Assembly (NCBI GenBank): GCA_044225365.1
Contig: JBGAIQ010000036.1
Location: 1 to 56,686, forward strand
From: Planctomycetota bacterium
GTDB taxonomy: Bacteria > Planctomycetota > B15-G4 > JADJEK01
Reading direction: 5' to 3'
DNA: 56,686 bases
Made by a program: the position numbers and the translations under genes. This document shows positions 46,481-56,686 of the stretch, piece by piece. The notes under the pieces were generated by a model. The model worked only from the letters and a program-made list of their open reading frames with translations. It searched no databases and had not been told where the DNA came from. Numbering within the stretch: the stretch's first letter is position 1; each line of letters starts with the position of its first letter.

Positions 46481-48118
46481 TCAGCCCTTCACGACGAGTA
46501 CGCCGGGGAAGGCGTCGATGTCGTAGAGGATCGGGTGAGCCGGTTCGGGTTCGTACAGCTCGCGGCCGAATTCGGCGACGATCGCCATCGTGGCGCGCGA
46601 AGCGTCGGGAATCGGCCATGGGAAGATGGGCCGCATGACCGGTGCGATGTTCGTCGACATCATCCGCACGAGGACTTGCGGCTGGAATTCCTTCATCGCG
46701 AGCGCGAAGTCCGCGGCGTGCGCCCAGCGATGCGGAACCCCCACGGGCATTCGGGGCGGCGGGACGGCGTGGTTCCCGACCGCGAGGAGTCGAGTTCCGT
46801 TCGGCACCCGTTCCGCGATCCACGTCGCCGCGGCGATGCGCGGGTCTCGCTCCCACAGCGTGTTCACCGTGTACCCGCGCCACGCGACGGCGAGGACGCA
46901 ACCGAGGATCGCGATCGCGAGAAGTCGCGCCCGCGCTCCGCTCCTCCACAGCTCGTGCGCCGCACCGAGGCCGAGGAACAGCAGCGGAAGGAAGCAAGGC
47001 ACGAGGAACCGGGGATAGACGAACCCGCGCAGGAACAAGAAGACGAAGTGATACGCCGCGGCGGGCGCGAGCCATGCGACGAGCAGGTCCTTCCGCTTCC
47101 TCCACCCATAGATCCCGCCCGCGAGCATCAGGAGCGCGCCGCCGACTCCGCAAGAGCGATAGAAATACGTCAGGGTGTAGAGGACGAGCAGGAACGCGCC
47201 CTTCAGCGTCTTGGGATCCGCCATCTGATACTGCTCGACGACGGTCGAAGACGTACCGAAGCGCAGGTGACGAACGTACCCCGGAAGATCGAACACGAGG
47301 TCGGCCGCGAGCGCGTAGACGAGGACGAACGCGGCCCCCATCGCGAATCGAGCGCGCCACTCGAGGCGCGCCGGCGAACCCGAACGGACGGCGAAGAGGT
47401 CGAGCGCGAGCTGTGCGAGCGGAACGCACACGACGAACGCGAGGAACTGATCCTTGATCGCGCCCGCGATCGCGAGCGCGGCGCCGGCGAGGATCGCGGG
47501 CAGGAGCGTTCGCGCGCCCTGCGCGAACGCGAACGCCGCAAGACCGAGCAAGAGGAATGCGAACGCCGGCTCGTCGTTGTTCATCGTGTGACCGTAGTAC
47601 ACGAGGTAGGGCGAGAGGCCGGTGAGCAAGGCGGCGACCGGAGCGAGCGTCGCGCCGAACACGCGCCCCACGAGGAGCGCCGCGCCGAGCGACGCGAGCA
47701 CGTTGGCGAGTGCCGCCGCGAGCCGACCGGCGACGATGCAGTCGGAGATCGCATCGCGATGTACTTCCATGTCGCTCCACACGGAAGGATCGAATTGATT
47801 GGGCCAGGCCTGAGGCCCGCGCTCCCGGGCGAGAGCGAGCAGAGCAGCCGAGTGCTCGTCGCCCCGCATTGCGAGCGCGATGCGAGCGGGAATGCCGTAC
47901 CAGAGGTACGCGAGCGGCGTGTACTTGTCGACGTTCTCCGCGATCGGATCGGTGTAGCGCTCGAGGTATCCCAGCGCGCGAACGGGCGCGATCTCATCCT
48001 GGTGATAGCTGTAGTGACAGGGCAATCCGCGATGCAGTCCGCGCGTCGCCGAGAAGAGGACGAGCAGGAGTACGCCGAGCGTGAGGAGTGTCGCTGCTTT
48101 GGGGGTCGGACCGTTCAT
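46481..48118 (-). CDS. GT-C membrane glycosyltransferase (GT39/PMT/ArnT-like)
   Basis: GLP...HQDE loop, KYTPL, GRL, SPYLVYYGHTMNNDEP, IKDQ, YPRFLVP; multi-TM. Confidence 0.82.
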   Translation of the reverse strand: MNGPTPKAATLLTLGVLLLVLFSATRGLHRGLPCHYSYHQDEIAPVRALGYLERYTDPIAENVDKYTPLAYLWYGIPARIALAMRGDEHSAALLALARERGPQAWPNQFDPSVWSDMEVHRDAISDCIVAGRLAAALANVLASLGAALLVGRVFGATLAPVAALLTGLSPYLVYYGHTMNNDEPAFAFLLLGLAAFAFAQGARTLLPAILAGAALAIAGAIKDQFLAFVVCVPLAQLALDLFAVRSGSPARLEWRARFAMGAAFVLVYALAADLVFDLPGYVRHLRFGTSSTVVEQYQMADPKTLKGAFLLVLYTLTYFYRSCGVGGALLMLAGGIYGWRKRKDLLVAWLAPAAAYHFVFLFLRGFVYPRFLVPCFLPLLFLGLGAAHELWRSGARARLLAIAILGCVLAVAWRGYTVNTLWERDPRIAAATWIAERVPNGTRLLAVGNHAVPPPRMPVGVPHRWAHAADFALAMKEFQPQVLVRMMSTNIAPVMRPIFPWPIPDASRATMAIVAEFGRELYEPEPAHPILYDIDAFPGVLVVKG

Positions 48119-49419
48119 GCCGCCGCGCCCTCCCGTCGGACCGCGGGGGCCGCTCCGAACAAGCCGCACGCGACGAGCAATTCGATCACCAGGAAGCCGA
48201 TCGAATCGCGATAGTCGCCGCGACGATCCGCGAGGATCGTAAAGACGAGCAGACCCGTGAGCGAGAGCTTCGCCGTGAGGCCGTAGACTCCGAACCAGGC
48301 TCCGTGTTCGCTCGCAGGGGTCAGGCGACAGAGCCATTTGCGCGCCGAGCCGAGCACTCCACCGACTCCGATCGCACCGAAGATCACGAGCGCGCTCGCC
48401 GCGATCCAGCGCCAGGCCGCATAGCGGCCGTACACGACGAGGAGCGAGTCCGGAAGGAAACCGTGCCCATTCATCTCGATCAACACCTGCGGGACGAATA
48501 CGGCGACGAGGAACGAAATCGCTCCGGCGATCGTCACGGGCTTCGGCCCGATCCGGTCCCCGATGGCGCCCATTCCGATCGCCGCGGGAACTGCGGCGAT
48601 ATTGATCAGCAACATCGGCATGAACTTGTCGATTCCAAGACCCTTCTCGTCCTCGATGAACGGCACCATCATCTGGTAGGCCGCGTTCAGCGCGTCCGCG
48701 CACAGGAAGTTGCCGGCGAAGAAGAGCAGTAGTCCCTTGTCCCGGAGACACCGACGCAGCAGATCGTGCGTCGTGCGGAAATGACGCGCGATCGCATTTC
48801 GCGCGCCCGCCGCGACGTTCGTCTCCGCCGCCGGTTTGGGCTTCGGATCGGGGCAGAAGAACAGGAGCGGCATGGTGAAGAGCACGAAGAGGATCGCCGC
48901 GAGGACGAACGCCGGACGCGGATCCCCACCCGCGTACTTCACCACGAGAGCAGCGATCGGGAACGCGAACACGTTGCCGAGGTAACCAAGTCCGACGCCG
49001 AGGCCCGAGACGCGCGCCATGTCGCGGTCGGTCGAGACCGCGGGCAGCATCGCGTTGTAGAACCCGATCCCGGCGTTGTAGAAGAACAGCGCCAGGCTGT
49101 AGCACACGAGGACGGGCAATGCCGAACTCGGCAGGGCGAGCGCACAGCAGAACAACGCGCAGGCCAGGGTCGAGAGGAGCGTGTACCGCTTGGCGCGGCC
49201 CGTGCGATCGACGAGGACTCCGAGCGCCGGCGAGATCAGCGCGCCGACGATCATCGCGGGCGGCGTCGCCATCGCGTAGGGGGTCTTCAATCCGTGCGAG
49301 AGCCCGATCACGTAGTTCGGGAGATAGAGCGTGACCACGACCCCGTAGAAGATCGTGTTCGCGAAGTCGTAGAGCGCCCACGACCAGACCGGCAGGGAGA
49401 ACTCGCGCAGGAAACGCAT
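48115..49419 (-). CDS. MFS transporter, UMF1/Atg22-like family
   Basis: WSWALYDFANT, FYNAMLP, RVSGLG.GLGYLG, WFGVYGLTAK. Confidence 0.88.
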   Translation of the reverse strand: MRFLREFSLPVWSWALYDFANTIFYGVVVTLYLPNYVIGLSHGLKTPYAMATPPAMIVGALISPALGVLVDRTGRAKRYTLLSTLACALFCCALALPSSALPVLVCYSLALFFYNAGIGFYNAMLPAVSTDRDMARVSGLGVGLGYLGNVFAFPIAALVVKYAGGDPRPAFVLAAILFVLFTMPLLFFCPDPKPKPAAETNVAAGARNAIARHFRTTHDLLRRCLRDKGLLLFFAGNFLCADALNAAYQMMVPFIEDEKGLGIDKFMPMLLINIAAVPAAIGMGAIGDRIGPKPVTIAGAISFLVAVFVPQVLIEMNGHGFLPDSLLVVYGRYAAWRWIAASALVIFGAIGVGGVLGSARKWLCRLTPASEHGAWFGVYGLTAKLSLTGLLVFTILADRRGDYRDSIGFLVIELLVACGLFGAAPAVRREGAAA

Positions 49420-49606
49420 CGGGCGAGCAGCATAGGGCATCCTGGGAACGCAGAGGTGCAAGCTCGCGACATTCCGAGCGTCCGCCCTCGCAACGCGCCG
49501 CCCCACCGACGGCCCTCGAGCTCGCGCCTTTTGCGATCGCGACAAGGAGTCGCTACGGTGCCGCTCGAGACTCCGTCCCCATCTGCGATCCCTACCCCGG
49601 TGTGAG

Positions 49607-50977
49607 ATGACGTCGAACGTATCCGTCTCGCAATGGGTGGGCGATGCCGCCGACGCGATGTACGGGCCGTGGACGCTCGCGTTCTTCCTCGGCACCGGCG
49701 TCTTCCTCTCGATTCGGTACCGCGTCCCGCAGCTCACGAGATTGCCCGCCGCCTTTCGAGCGGCGTTCGCCTCGCCGGACGCGAGTCGCGCGAATGGCGG
49801 CGCGCTCTCGCCGTTCCAATCGTTCGCGACGGCCCTCGCGGCTTCGATCGGCACCGGGAACATCGCGGGCGTCGCGACCGCGATCGTCGCGGGCGGCCCC
49901 GGCGCGTTGTTCTGGATCTGGGCCTACGGCTTCGTGGCGACGACGATCAAGTTCACCGAAGCGACGCTCGGAGCGCGATTCCGCCGCGGCGGGAGCGACA
50001 CGCTCGAATGCGGCCCGATGCTGTACCTCGAGAAGGGCTTGAACTCGCGGTTCCTCGGCGTGGCCTACGCGATCACGGCGGGCTTCGCCGCGCTGCTGAC
50101 GACGCCGCTCGCGCAATCGAATTCGATCGCGGTCGTGTTCGAGAGCGAGTTCGGGATCTCGCCCCTCCATTGCGGAGTCGGCCTCTGCATCGGCGCCGCG
50201 GTCGTGGTGCTCGGCGGCGTGCGATCGGTCGGCCGCGCGGCGCAGGCGCTCTCGCCATTGAAGATCGTGCTCTATCTCGGAGGGGGAGCCGTCGTCCTCG
50301 CGACGTTCGCGAACCGATTGCCGGCCGCCTTTGCTTCGATCTTCGCCGGCGCGTTCTCGATGGAGTCCGTCGCTGGCGGCACGCTCGGCGTGGTGATGAT
50401 GGAAGCGATGCGCTACGGCGTGGCGCGCGGCATCTACGCGAACGAGGCGGGATACGGAAGCGCCGCGATCGCCTACGGCGCCGCGATCGGCAGCGAACCC
50501 GCGCGACAAGGCCTCGCCGCGATCATCGAGGTCTACGTCGTCTCGTTCCTCACTTCGTCGGTGAGTGGACTCTGCGTCATCGTCTCCGGCGCGGTCGCGG
50601 CAGGTCGGAACAGCACATCGGCGGTCGCCTACGGTTTCGATGCGGCGATGCCGGGCTACGGCGGCGCCATCGTCGCGATCGCAACACTGCTCTTCGGCTA
50701 CACGACGCTCGTCGGCTGGTCGTTCTTCGGTGAGCAGATCCTGATGCATCTGTTCGGGCGCCGCATCGCGATCCCGTATCGCCTGCTCTACTGCGCCCTC
50801 ATGATCGTCGGTGCGACCGGCGAAGTGACGACGATCTGGGCTTGGGGCGATCTGCTCAACGCTCTGCAGATCTTCCCGAATCTCATCGGTGTCCTCGGTC
50901 TCTCGGGCCTCGTCGCCCGGGATCTTCGACTCCTCGACTCACGGCAAGAGGAAGCGCAGGACGCGGAGCGTCGGTAG
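49607..50977 (+). CDS. Alanine/glycine:cation symporter (AGCS family)
   Basis: LSPFQS, IGTGNIAGVATAI..GGPGALFWIW, GPMLY, GVARGIYANEAG.GS, PNLIG. Confidence 0.93.
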   Translation: MTSNVSVSQWVGDAADAMYGPWTLAFFLGTGVFLSIRYRVPQLTRLPAAFRAAFASPDASRANGGALSPFQSFATALAASIGTGNIAGVATAIVAGGPGALFWIWAYGFVATTIKFTEATLGARFRRGGSDTLECGPMLYLEKGLNSRFLGVAYAITAGFAALLTTPLAQSNSIAVVFESEFGISPLHCGVGLCIGAAVVVLGGVRSVGRAAQALSPLKIVLYLGGGAVVLATFANRLPAAFASIFAGAFSMESVAGGTLGVVMMEAMRYGVARGIYANEAGYGSAAIAYGAAIGSEPARQGLAAIIEVYVVSFLTSSVSGLCVIVSGAVAAGRNSTSAVAYGFDAAMPGYGGAIVAIATLLFGYTTLVGWSFFGEQILMHLFGRRIAIPYRLLYCALMIVGATGEVTTIWAWGDLLNALQIFPNLIGVLGLSGLVARDLRLLDSRQEEAQDAERR

Positions 50978-53626
50978 CTCCACCGCGAACAGGTAGCGAC
51001 CGTCCTGGGATGCGCCGTAGACGTAGCGTGCGCCATCGACCTTGCCGCGGAGGCGCGTGTTGAAGAGGGCGTCGTCGGCCGTTCTCAGGAGATAGACGTC
51101 GTCTCCGCACACGAATACGACGTAGCTGCCGGCGGCGAGGATCTTCGGGCGGCGCACGGGCGTCGCGGAGAGATCGAGCATTCGACTCTCCGACGGCGTC
51201 TTCGAGAGGAAGGCGATCGAATCCGCCATACCGATGACGACCGTTCGATCCGCGGTCAGGGCCGCGCCCGCGAGCGGCCTCATCCATCGCCGGTCGGGCG
51301 TGCGATCGATTCGCTCGATCGTCTTCCCGGCCTCGTCGCGCAACGTCAACGCGCCCTCGGGTTCGAGCGCGTACACGGCCTTGCCGGAGTGCGCGTCGAG
51401 GATCGGTGACGGGATCGCGAGCACGCCGATGCGGCGCCCCTTCTCGTCGAACCGAAGGTAGCCCTCGCCATCCTCGAGCTCGGCGAGCACGCCGCCCGCT
51501 TCGTCGCTCTCGAGCACCGCGTTCGAGCGCGTTGCGACGATATCGTGCTCCTCGGCGTGCGCCACGAAGGCCTTCGATCCGTCGCGCAGGAAGACGTGGA
51601 TCGACTTGTTCGCGTCGTCGCGCACGAGGACTCGACCGTAGGCATCGATGAAGGCCCCGCCGGGCGCGTCGATCGCGCCGCCATCGGGCGCCGCGGCGAC
51701 CGTGCGCACGATCGCGCCCGCGCGGTCGAGGCGGAAGAACGCGCGGCCGTCGGTCGTCCAGATCGAATCATCGCTCGCGATCCAGGCATTGCGCGCCATC
51801 GGCTCCGCGCTCGCGTCGCCGCCCTCGCCGCTCTCCCCGCCCCCGCTACCGAGAACCGCGCGGCGAGGCGCCATCTTGGCGATCACCGTTCCCTCGGCGT
51901 CGAAGAGGACGAGCGGAGGATCGCCGTTGTAGTCGTAGACCAGGAAGTCGCCCTTCGGCCCGAACGACAACGCGGTGGGGAGACCGAGCGGTCGTTTTCC
52001 GCCATCGCTCGTGTCGACGAGATCGATCGTGCGAACGAGTGCGCCGTCGCTCCCGAAGATCTTGATGTCGTGCCGCGATTGCTCGAGCACCGCGAGTTCG
52101 CCCTTCTGCGTGAGCGCCAGGTCCTTCGCGCCGAACAGGAGCTTTCCGTCTTCGAACTTCTCGGCCACCTCGAATCGGCGCGAACCATCGGCGTTGACGA
52201 CGAGGAGAGAGACCGACGTCGTGAACTGCGTCGAGCGTTCGAGGAGCGCCGCGAATCCGCCGCCGAACTTTGGAGGCAGCGCGAGCAGCGCCGCGACCGA
52301 TGGATCGATTCCGACTTCCGCGAGGTCGGCCGGGAACGGCAAGGGCTGCGCGACGCCGGTCGTGCCCGAGAAGCGGACGAACGCGAGCTTCGCCGTCTCG
52401 TAGTCGCCGCGCAGCGCGACGAGGAAGTCGCCGTTCGCCGTCCGCGCGAACGCACGAGCCCGGCCCTCCGGCGCCTCCCCGAGGACGCGTTCGCGAACGA
52501 GGCGTCCCCCACCGTCGATCTCCTTCAGCACGAGTTCGCGCCGCTGCGTGCGATCGATCGCGAAGAACTCGCCGTTCGCCGAATCGAAGGTCAGGAGGTC
52601 GGTGAACAGGGAACGCGCCGCGATGTCGGGCTGCAGCACGAGCGCGCCGATCGCCTCGAGGTCGAGCACCGGGAGATCGAAGATCTCGGGATTGCGCGGC
52701 TGAAGGACGTGCGTGCCGCGCTCGACCTCCGTCACCGTGAAACCGCCCGGAGCCGTCGCGTCGGCCTTCACCTCGAACCGGACCTTGACCTTGTCCTTCG
52801 GGAACCAGAGGACGACGCGTCCGTTTCGTCCGCTGTCGACGATCGCTTCTCCGTCGTTCGCCCGCGCGACCCACTCCGCCGTCGCCTTCTCGTCGCCCGC
52901 GACGAGGTAGTCGCCGTTGCGCTCCTGCCTCCACACGACGCGCCCCTCCGAATCGAGGAGCACGAAGAATCCGGACGCTCCCTTGCCGTCTTCCTCCCGA
53001 TGCTCGACGAAAGCGAGGAGACGCAATGAGAGGTCGGGGAGCGTTCGCACGCGGGCGAGTCGCGGCGGCGCCTTCTTCGCGTCGAACTTCAGCAGGCTCG
53101 ACAGATCGAGATCCTTCTCGCGCTCTCCGCTCGAGATCCGGAACGTGTACCAGAACTCGCGGGCGCTCGAAGGGCCGTCGACGGCGATGCGCAGGAAACA
53201 GCGATCGAGGCCCGGTTCCGCGACGAGACCGAGCGGTTGCGGGAGGACATCTCCCTTCACCGCTCCCGGTTTTCGCGAGATGCGATGTTCCTTCACGATT
53301 CCGCCCGCGGGATCGAGGATCGCGACGACGATGTCGCCCGGCACACCGGAGACGTCGCCCTTCGGAAGGGCGTACCCGACACTGCGGCCCTCGTCGGTCA
53401 CGATCGCCCCAACGAAGGCGTACGGCAGGGTCTCGTCGAACGCGACTTTGCCGTCCTTGACGAGCCGCACCGCGGCTTCGCCCGCACCTTCGCGGTCCTT
53501 CGGATCGACGCGCAGGAAGGTCGTCGCCGCGGGCGACGGGTACGTCGCGGGGTCGAGGATCCTCGGAGGTGGATCGCCCTGCGGCGATTGCGCGAGCAGG
53601 AGAATCAACGGCAGGGCGAGCAACAT
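50939..53626 (-). CDS. Large secreted beta-propeller (NHL-like) protein
   Basis: Signal peptide MLLALPLILLLAQ; NHL-like blades (AKDLALTQKGELAVLE..RHDIKIF, PTALSFGPKGDFLVYD, PGGAFIDAYGRVLVRD..NKSIHVF). Confidence 0.72.
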   Translation of the reverse strand: MLLALPLILLLAQSPQGDPPPRILDPATYPSPAATTFLRVDPKDREGAGEAAVRLVKDGKVAFDETLPYAFVGAIVTDEGRSVGYALPKGDVSGVPGDIVVAILDPAGGIVKEHRISRKPGAVKGDVLPQPLGLVAEPGLDRCFLRIAVDGPSSAREFWYTFRISSGEREKDLDLSSLLKFDAKKAPPRLARVRTLPDLSLRLLAFVEHREEDGKGASGFFVLLDSEGRVVWRQERNGDYLVAGDEKATAEWVARANDGEAIVDSGRNGRVVLWFPKDKVKVRFEVKADATAPGGFTVTEVERGTHVLQPRNPEIFDLPVLDLEAIGALVLQPDIAARSLFTDLLTFDSANGEFFAIDRTQRRELVLKEIDGGGRLVRERVLGEAPEGRARAFARTANGDFLVALRGDYETAKLAFVRFSGTTGVAQPLPFPADLAEVGIDPSVAALLALPPKFGGGFAALLERSTQFTTSVSLLVVNADGSRRFEVAEKFEDGKLLFGAKDLALTQKGELAVLEQSRHDIKIFGSDGALVRTIDLVDTSDGGKRPLGLPTALSFGPKGDFLVYDYNGDPPLVLFDAEGTVIAKMAPRRAVLGSGGGESGEGGDASAEPMARNAWIASDDSIWTTDGRAFFRLDRAGAIVRTVAAAPDGGAIDAPGGAFIDAYGRVLVRDDANKSIHVFLRDGSKAFVAHAEEHDIVATRSNAVLESDEAGGVLAELEDGEGYLRFDEKGRRIGVLAIPSPILDAHSGKAVYALEPEGALTLRDEAGKTIERIDRTPDRRWMRPLAGAALTADRTVVIGMADSIAFLSKTPSESRMLDLSATPVRRPKILAAGSYVVFVCGDDVYLLRTADDALFNTRLRGKVDGARYVYGASQDGRYLFAVELPTLRVLRFLLP

Positions 53627-53655
53627 CACCGACTCCGATTCGTCGCGCCCGGCAA

Positions 53656-54366
53656 CTACGGCGGCGGGCGATCCGTGACCAGCGGGACGAACTGTACCGG
53701 AAAGAGCGAACGCCCCACCGCGGTTCCGTCGTGCTTCTCGTAGAGGAGAAGTTCCTGCTGTTCGACGCCGACCGGGATCACGAGGCGACCGCCGTCCGCG
53801 AGTTGGTCGATCAGCGGCTGCGGCAGGTCCTTCCCCGCCGCCGCGACGAGGATCGCGTCGAACGGCGCACCTTCGGGCAGGCCTTTCGCGCCGTCGCCGA
53901 GCACGCATGTGACGTTGCCGCACGAGAGCTCCGCGAGGATCGTCCGCGCTCGTTCGAAGTGCGCCGGGATTCGCTCGATCGTGAAAACCTCGCGCGCGAG
54001 TTCGCCGAGGATCGCCGCCTGATACCCCGAGCCGGTACCGACCTCGAGGACGCGCTCCTCGCCATTCAATCTCAGGACCTCGCTCATCACGGCGACGATG
54101 TACGGCTGCGAGATCGTCTGACCGCTTCCGATCGCGACGGCCTTGTCCGAATAGGCCTCGTCGATTCGATTGGGGGGCAGAAACCGGTGCCGCTCGACCT
54201 TCCTCATCGCGGCGAGTACGCGCGGATCTCGAATTCCGCGACGCTCGATCTGCTCCCGCACCATGCCCTCGCGCAGCGCTGCGAATCGATCGCTCTCGAA
54301 TGCGGCAAATCCCCGCGCGAGCGCGCGGTCACGAAACAATCGGCCGAAGCGCGACCTCCACGACAT
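53656..54366 (-). CDS. pcm: Protein-L-isoaspartate O-methyltransferase
   Basis: GQTISQP, VLEVGTGSGYQAA, GDG..G, APFDAI, QLADGGRLVIPVG, FVPL. Start uncertain. Confidence 0.94.
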   Translation of the reverse strand: MSWRSRFGRLFRDRALARGFAAFESDRFAALREGMVREQIERRGIRDPRVLAAMRKVERHRFLPPNRIDEAYSDKAVAIGSGQTISQPYIVAVMSEVLRLNGEERVLEVGTGSGYQAAILGELAREVFTIERIPAHFERARTILAELSCGNVTCVLGDGAKGLPEGAPFDAILVAAAGKDLPQPLIDQLADGGRLVIPVGVEQQELLLYEKHDGTAVGRSLFPVQFVPLVTDRPPP

Positions 54367-54379
54367 CCGTCACCTGCAT

Positions 54380-55684
54380 TCAACCCGGACGCGCGCCGCG
54401 GGACGCTTCGAGCGCGATCGGGAGCGCCTCGCGGAAACGATCGAGATCCTCGTCGCGATGCGCAGCGCTGATGAAGAACGCCTCGAATTGCGAAGGCGGC
54501 AGCATGATGCCCTGCTCGCGCATCGAGCGATGGAAGCGGCCGAATCGCGCAGTGTCGCAACGCTTCGCCTCGGCGTAATTCGTCACTTCGTGCGAGGTGA
54601 AGAACAGGGTCGCCATCGTCGCGATCCGCTGCAGTCGCACGTCGGTCTCGCCGAGATCGCAGAGCTGCCGCTCGACTCCGTGGAAGAAATCGCTCGCGCG
54701 CTGCTCGATGGCGTCGAGGACACCGGGCTGCGCGATACGGGCGAGCATCGCCTTCCCGGCCGCGACGGCGATCGGATTCCCTGCGAGCGTGCCCGCCTGA
54801 TACACGGGGCCGGACGGGGCGATCTGCGCCATGAGGTCGCGGCGACCGCCGTAGGCGCCGAGCGGGAATCCACCGCCCAGGATCTTCCCGAGCGTGACGA
54901 GGTCGGGACGGATGGAGAAGCGCGCAGCCGCGCCCCCCGGCGCGAGGCGAAAGCCCGTGATCACTTCGTCGAAGATGAGCAGCGCGCCGCTCGCGGTCGC
55001 GACCTCGCGCAGCGTCGCGAGGAAGCCCGCGCGCGGAACGACGACGCCCATGTTGCCGCAAACCGGCTCGACGATGATGGCGGCGATCTCCTGGCCCATC
55101 CGCGCGAAGAGCTCGCGCACCGCGGCGGAATCGTTGTAGGGCAGCGTGAGCGTGTCCTTCGCCGCCGCCGCCGTCACGCCCGGCGTGCCGGGGATGCCGA
55201 GCGTCGCCACTCCGCTGCCGGCCTCCGAGAGCAAGGAGTCCGAATGGCCGTGATAGCACCCTTCGAACTTCAGGATCTTGTCGCGTTTCGTCGCGGCGCG
55301 CGCGAGGCGCAACGCCGACATCGTCGCCTCCGTCCCGGAGCAGACGAGGCGGAGCATCTCGCACCATGGCATGAGCTCGCGCACCTGCTCGGCGAGTTCG
55401 ACCTCGGCGAGCGTCGGCAGGCCGTAGGTCGTGCCGTGTTCGAGCGCCGCACGGACCGCTTCGAGCACGCGATCGTCGCCGTGTCCGAAGAGCAGCGGTC
55501 CCCACGACCCCATGAAGTCGACGTACTCGTTGCCGTCCTCGTCGACGATTCGCGCGCCCTTGCCGTGGCGAACGAAGACGGGGTCTCCGCCCACCGATTT
55601 GAAGGCGCGCACGGGGGAATTGACGCCGCCAGGAAGGACGTCGATGGCGCGCGAGAAGGCGGCGCGGGAGCGGTCGAAATTCAT
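54380..55684 (-). CDS. hemL: Glutamate-1-semialdehyde 2,1-aminomutase
   Basis: [57 protein letters not shown]. Confidence 0.96.
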   Translation of the reverse strand: MNFDRSRAAFSRAIDVLPGGVNSPVRAFKSVGGDPVFVRHGKGARIVDEDGNEYVDFMGSWGPLLFGHGDDRVLEAVRAALEHGTTYGLPTLAEVELAEQVRELMPWCEMLRLVCSGTEATMSALRLARAATKRDKILKFEGCYHGHSDSLLSEAGSGVATLGIPGTPGVTAAAAKDTLTLPYNDSAAVRELFARMGQEIAAIIVEPVCGNMGVVVPRAGFLATLREVATASGALLIFDEVITGFRLAPGGAAARFSIRPDLVTLGKILGGGFPLGAYGGRRDLMAQIAPSGPVYQAGTLAGNPIAVAAGKAMLARIAQPGVLDAIEQRASDFFHGVERQLCDLGETDVRLQRIATMATLFFTSHEVTNYAEAKRCDTARFGRFHRSMREQGIMLPPSQFEAFFISAAHRDEDLDRFREALPIALEASRGARPG

Positions 55685-55799
55685 GCGGAATCCTCTGCGA
55701 CGAATCCTCGCCGCCGCCACCAGCAGACCACTTCACCCGTGTGCGGCGCAACGAACTCGATCCCATACTTCGCGGCGAGTGACTCGCCGCGTCGCGAAC

Positions 55800-56686
<887 letters not shown>

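Noticed and set aside
44958-46638. Short ORFs within the repeat region (for example MGKAMEGGP..., MPGRARRS...)
   Set aside because: They are translations of the repeats, appear on both strands and show no protein-like features or RBS.
49420-49606. Glycine riboswitch upstream of the alanine/glycine symporter
   Set aside because: The conserved GGAGA...CCGAAG...CTCTCAGG elements are absent.

Overview
A high-GC (about two-thirds G+C by eye), densely coding bacterial chromosome segment. The gene content (HEAT/WD40, FG-GAP/VCBS and carboxypeptidase-regulatory-like repeat proteins, a planctomycete-type heme c domain) is most consistent with Planctomycetota; this assignment is inference. It carries housekeeping genes (rsmE, ruvC, ispD, ispF, glk, pcm, hemL, hemB, class V aminotransferase, tRNA-Glu(CTC), tRNA-Met(CAT)), two surface-glycan/LPS gene groups, two GT-C (GT39-like) membrane glycosyltransferases, transporters and many secreted repeat proteins. 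No phage, transposase or CRISPR array was seen. The most notable unexplained structures are: (1) a 1.4-kb non-coding, mirror-symmetric modular palindrome at 45057-46457 built from a 24-bp REP-like unit with 65-bp perfect terminal inverted repeats; (2) a roughly 300-nt structured transcription unit at 31697-32030 with a near-consensus sigma70 promoter, a boxA-like motif and an intrinsic terminator but no rRNA or credible gene; (3) a candidate shared C-terminal sorting/anchoring domain on three secreted proteins; (4) a VLRF1-type release-factor homologue next to rsmE. All protein calls come from motif recognition by eye, without database searches.
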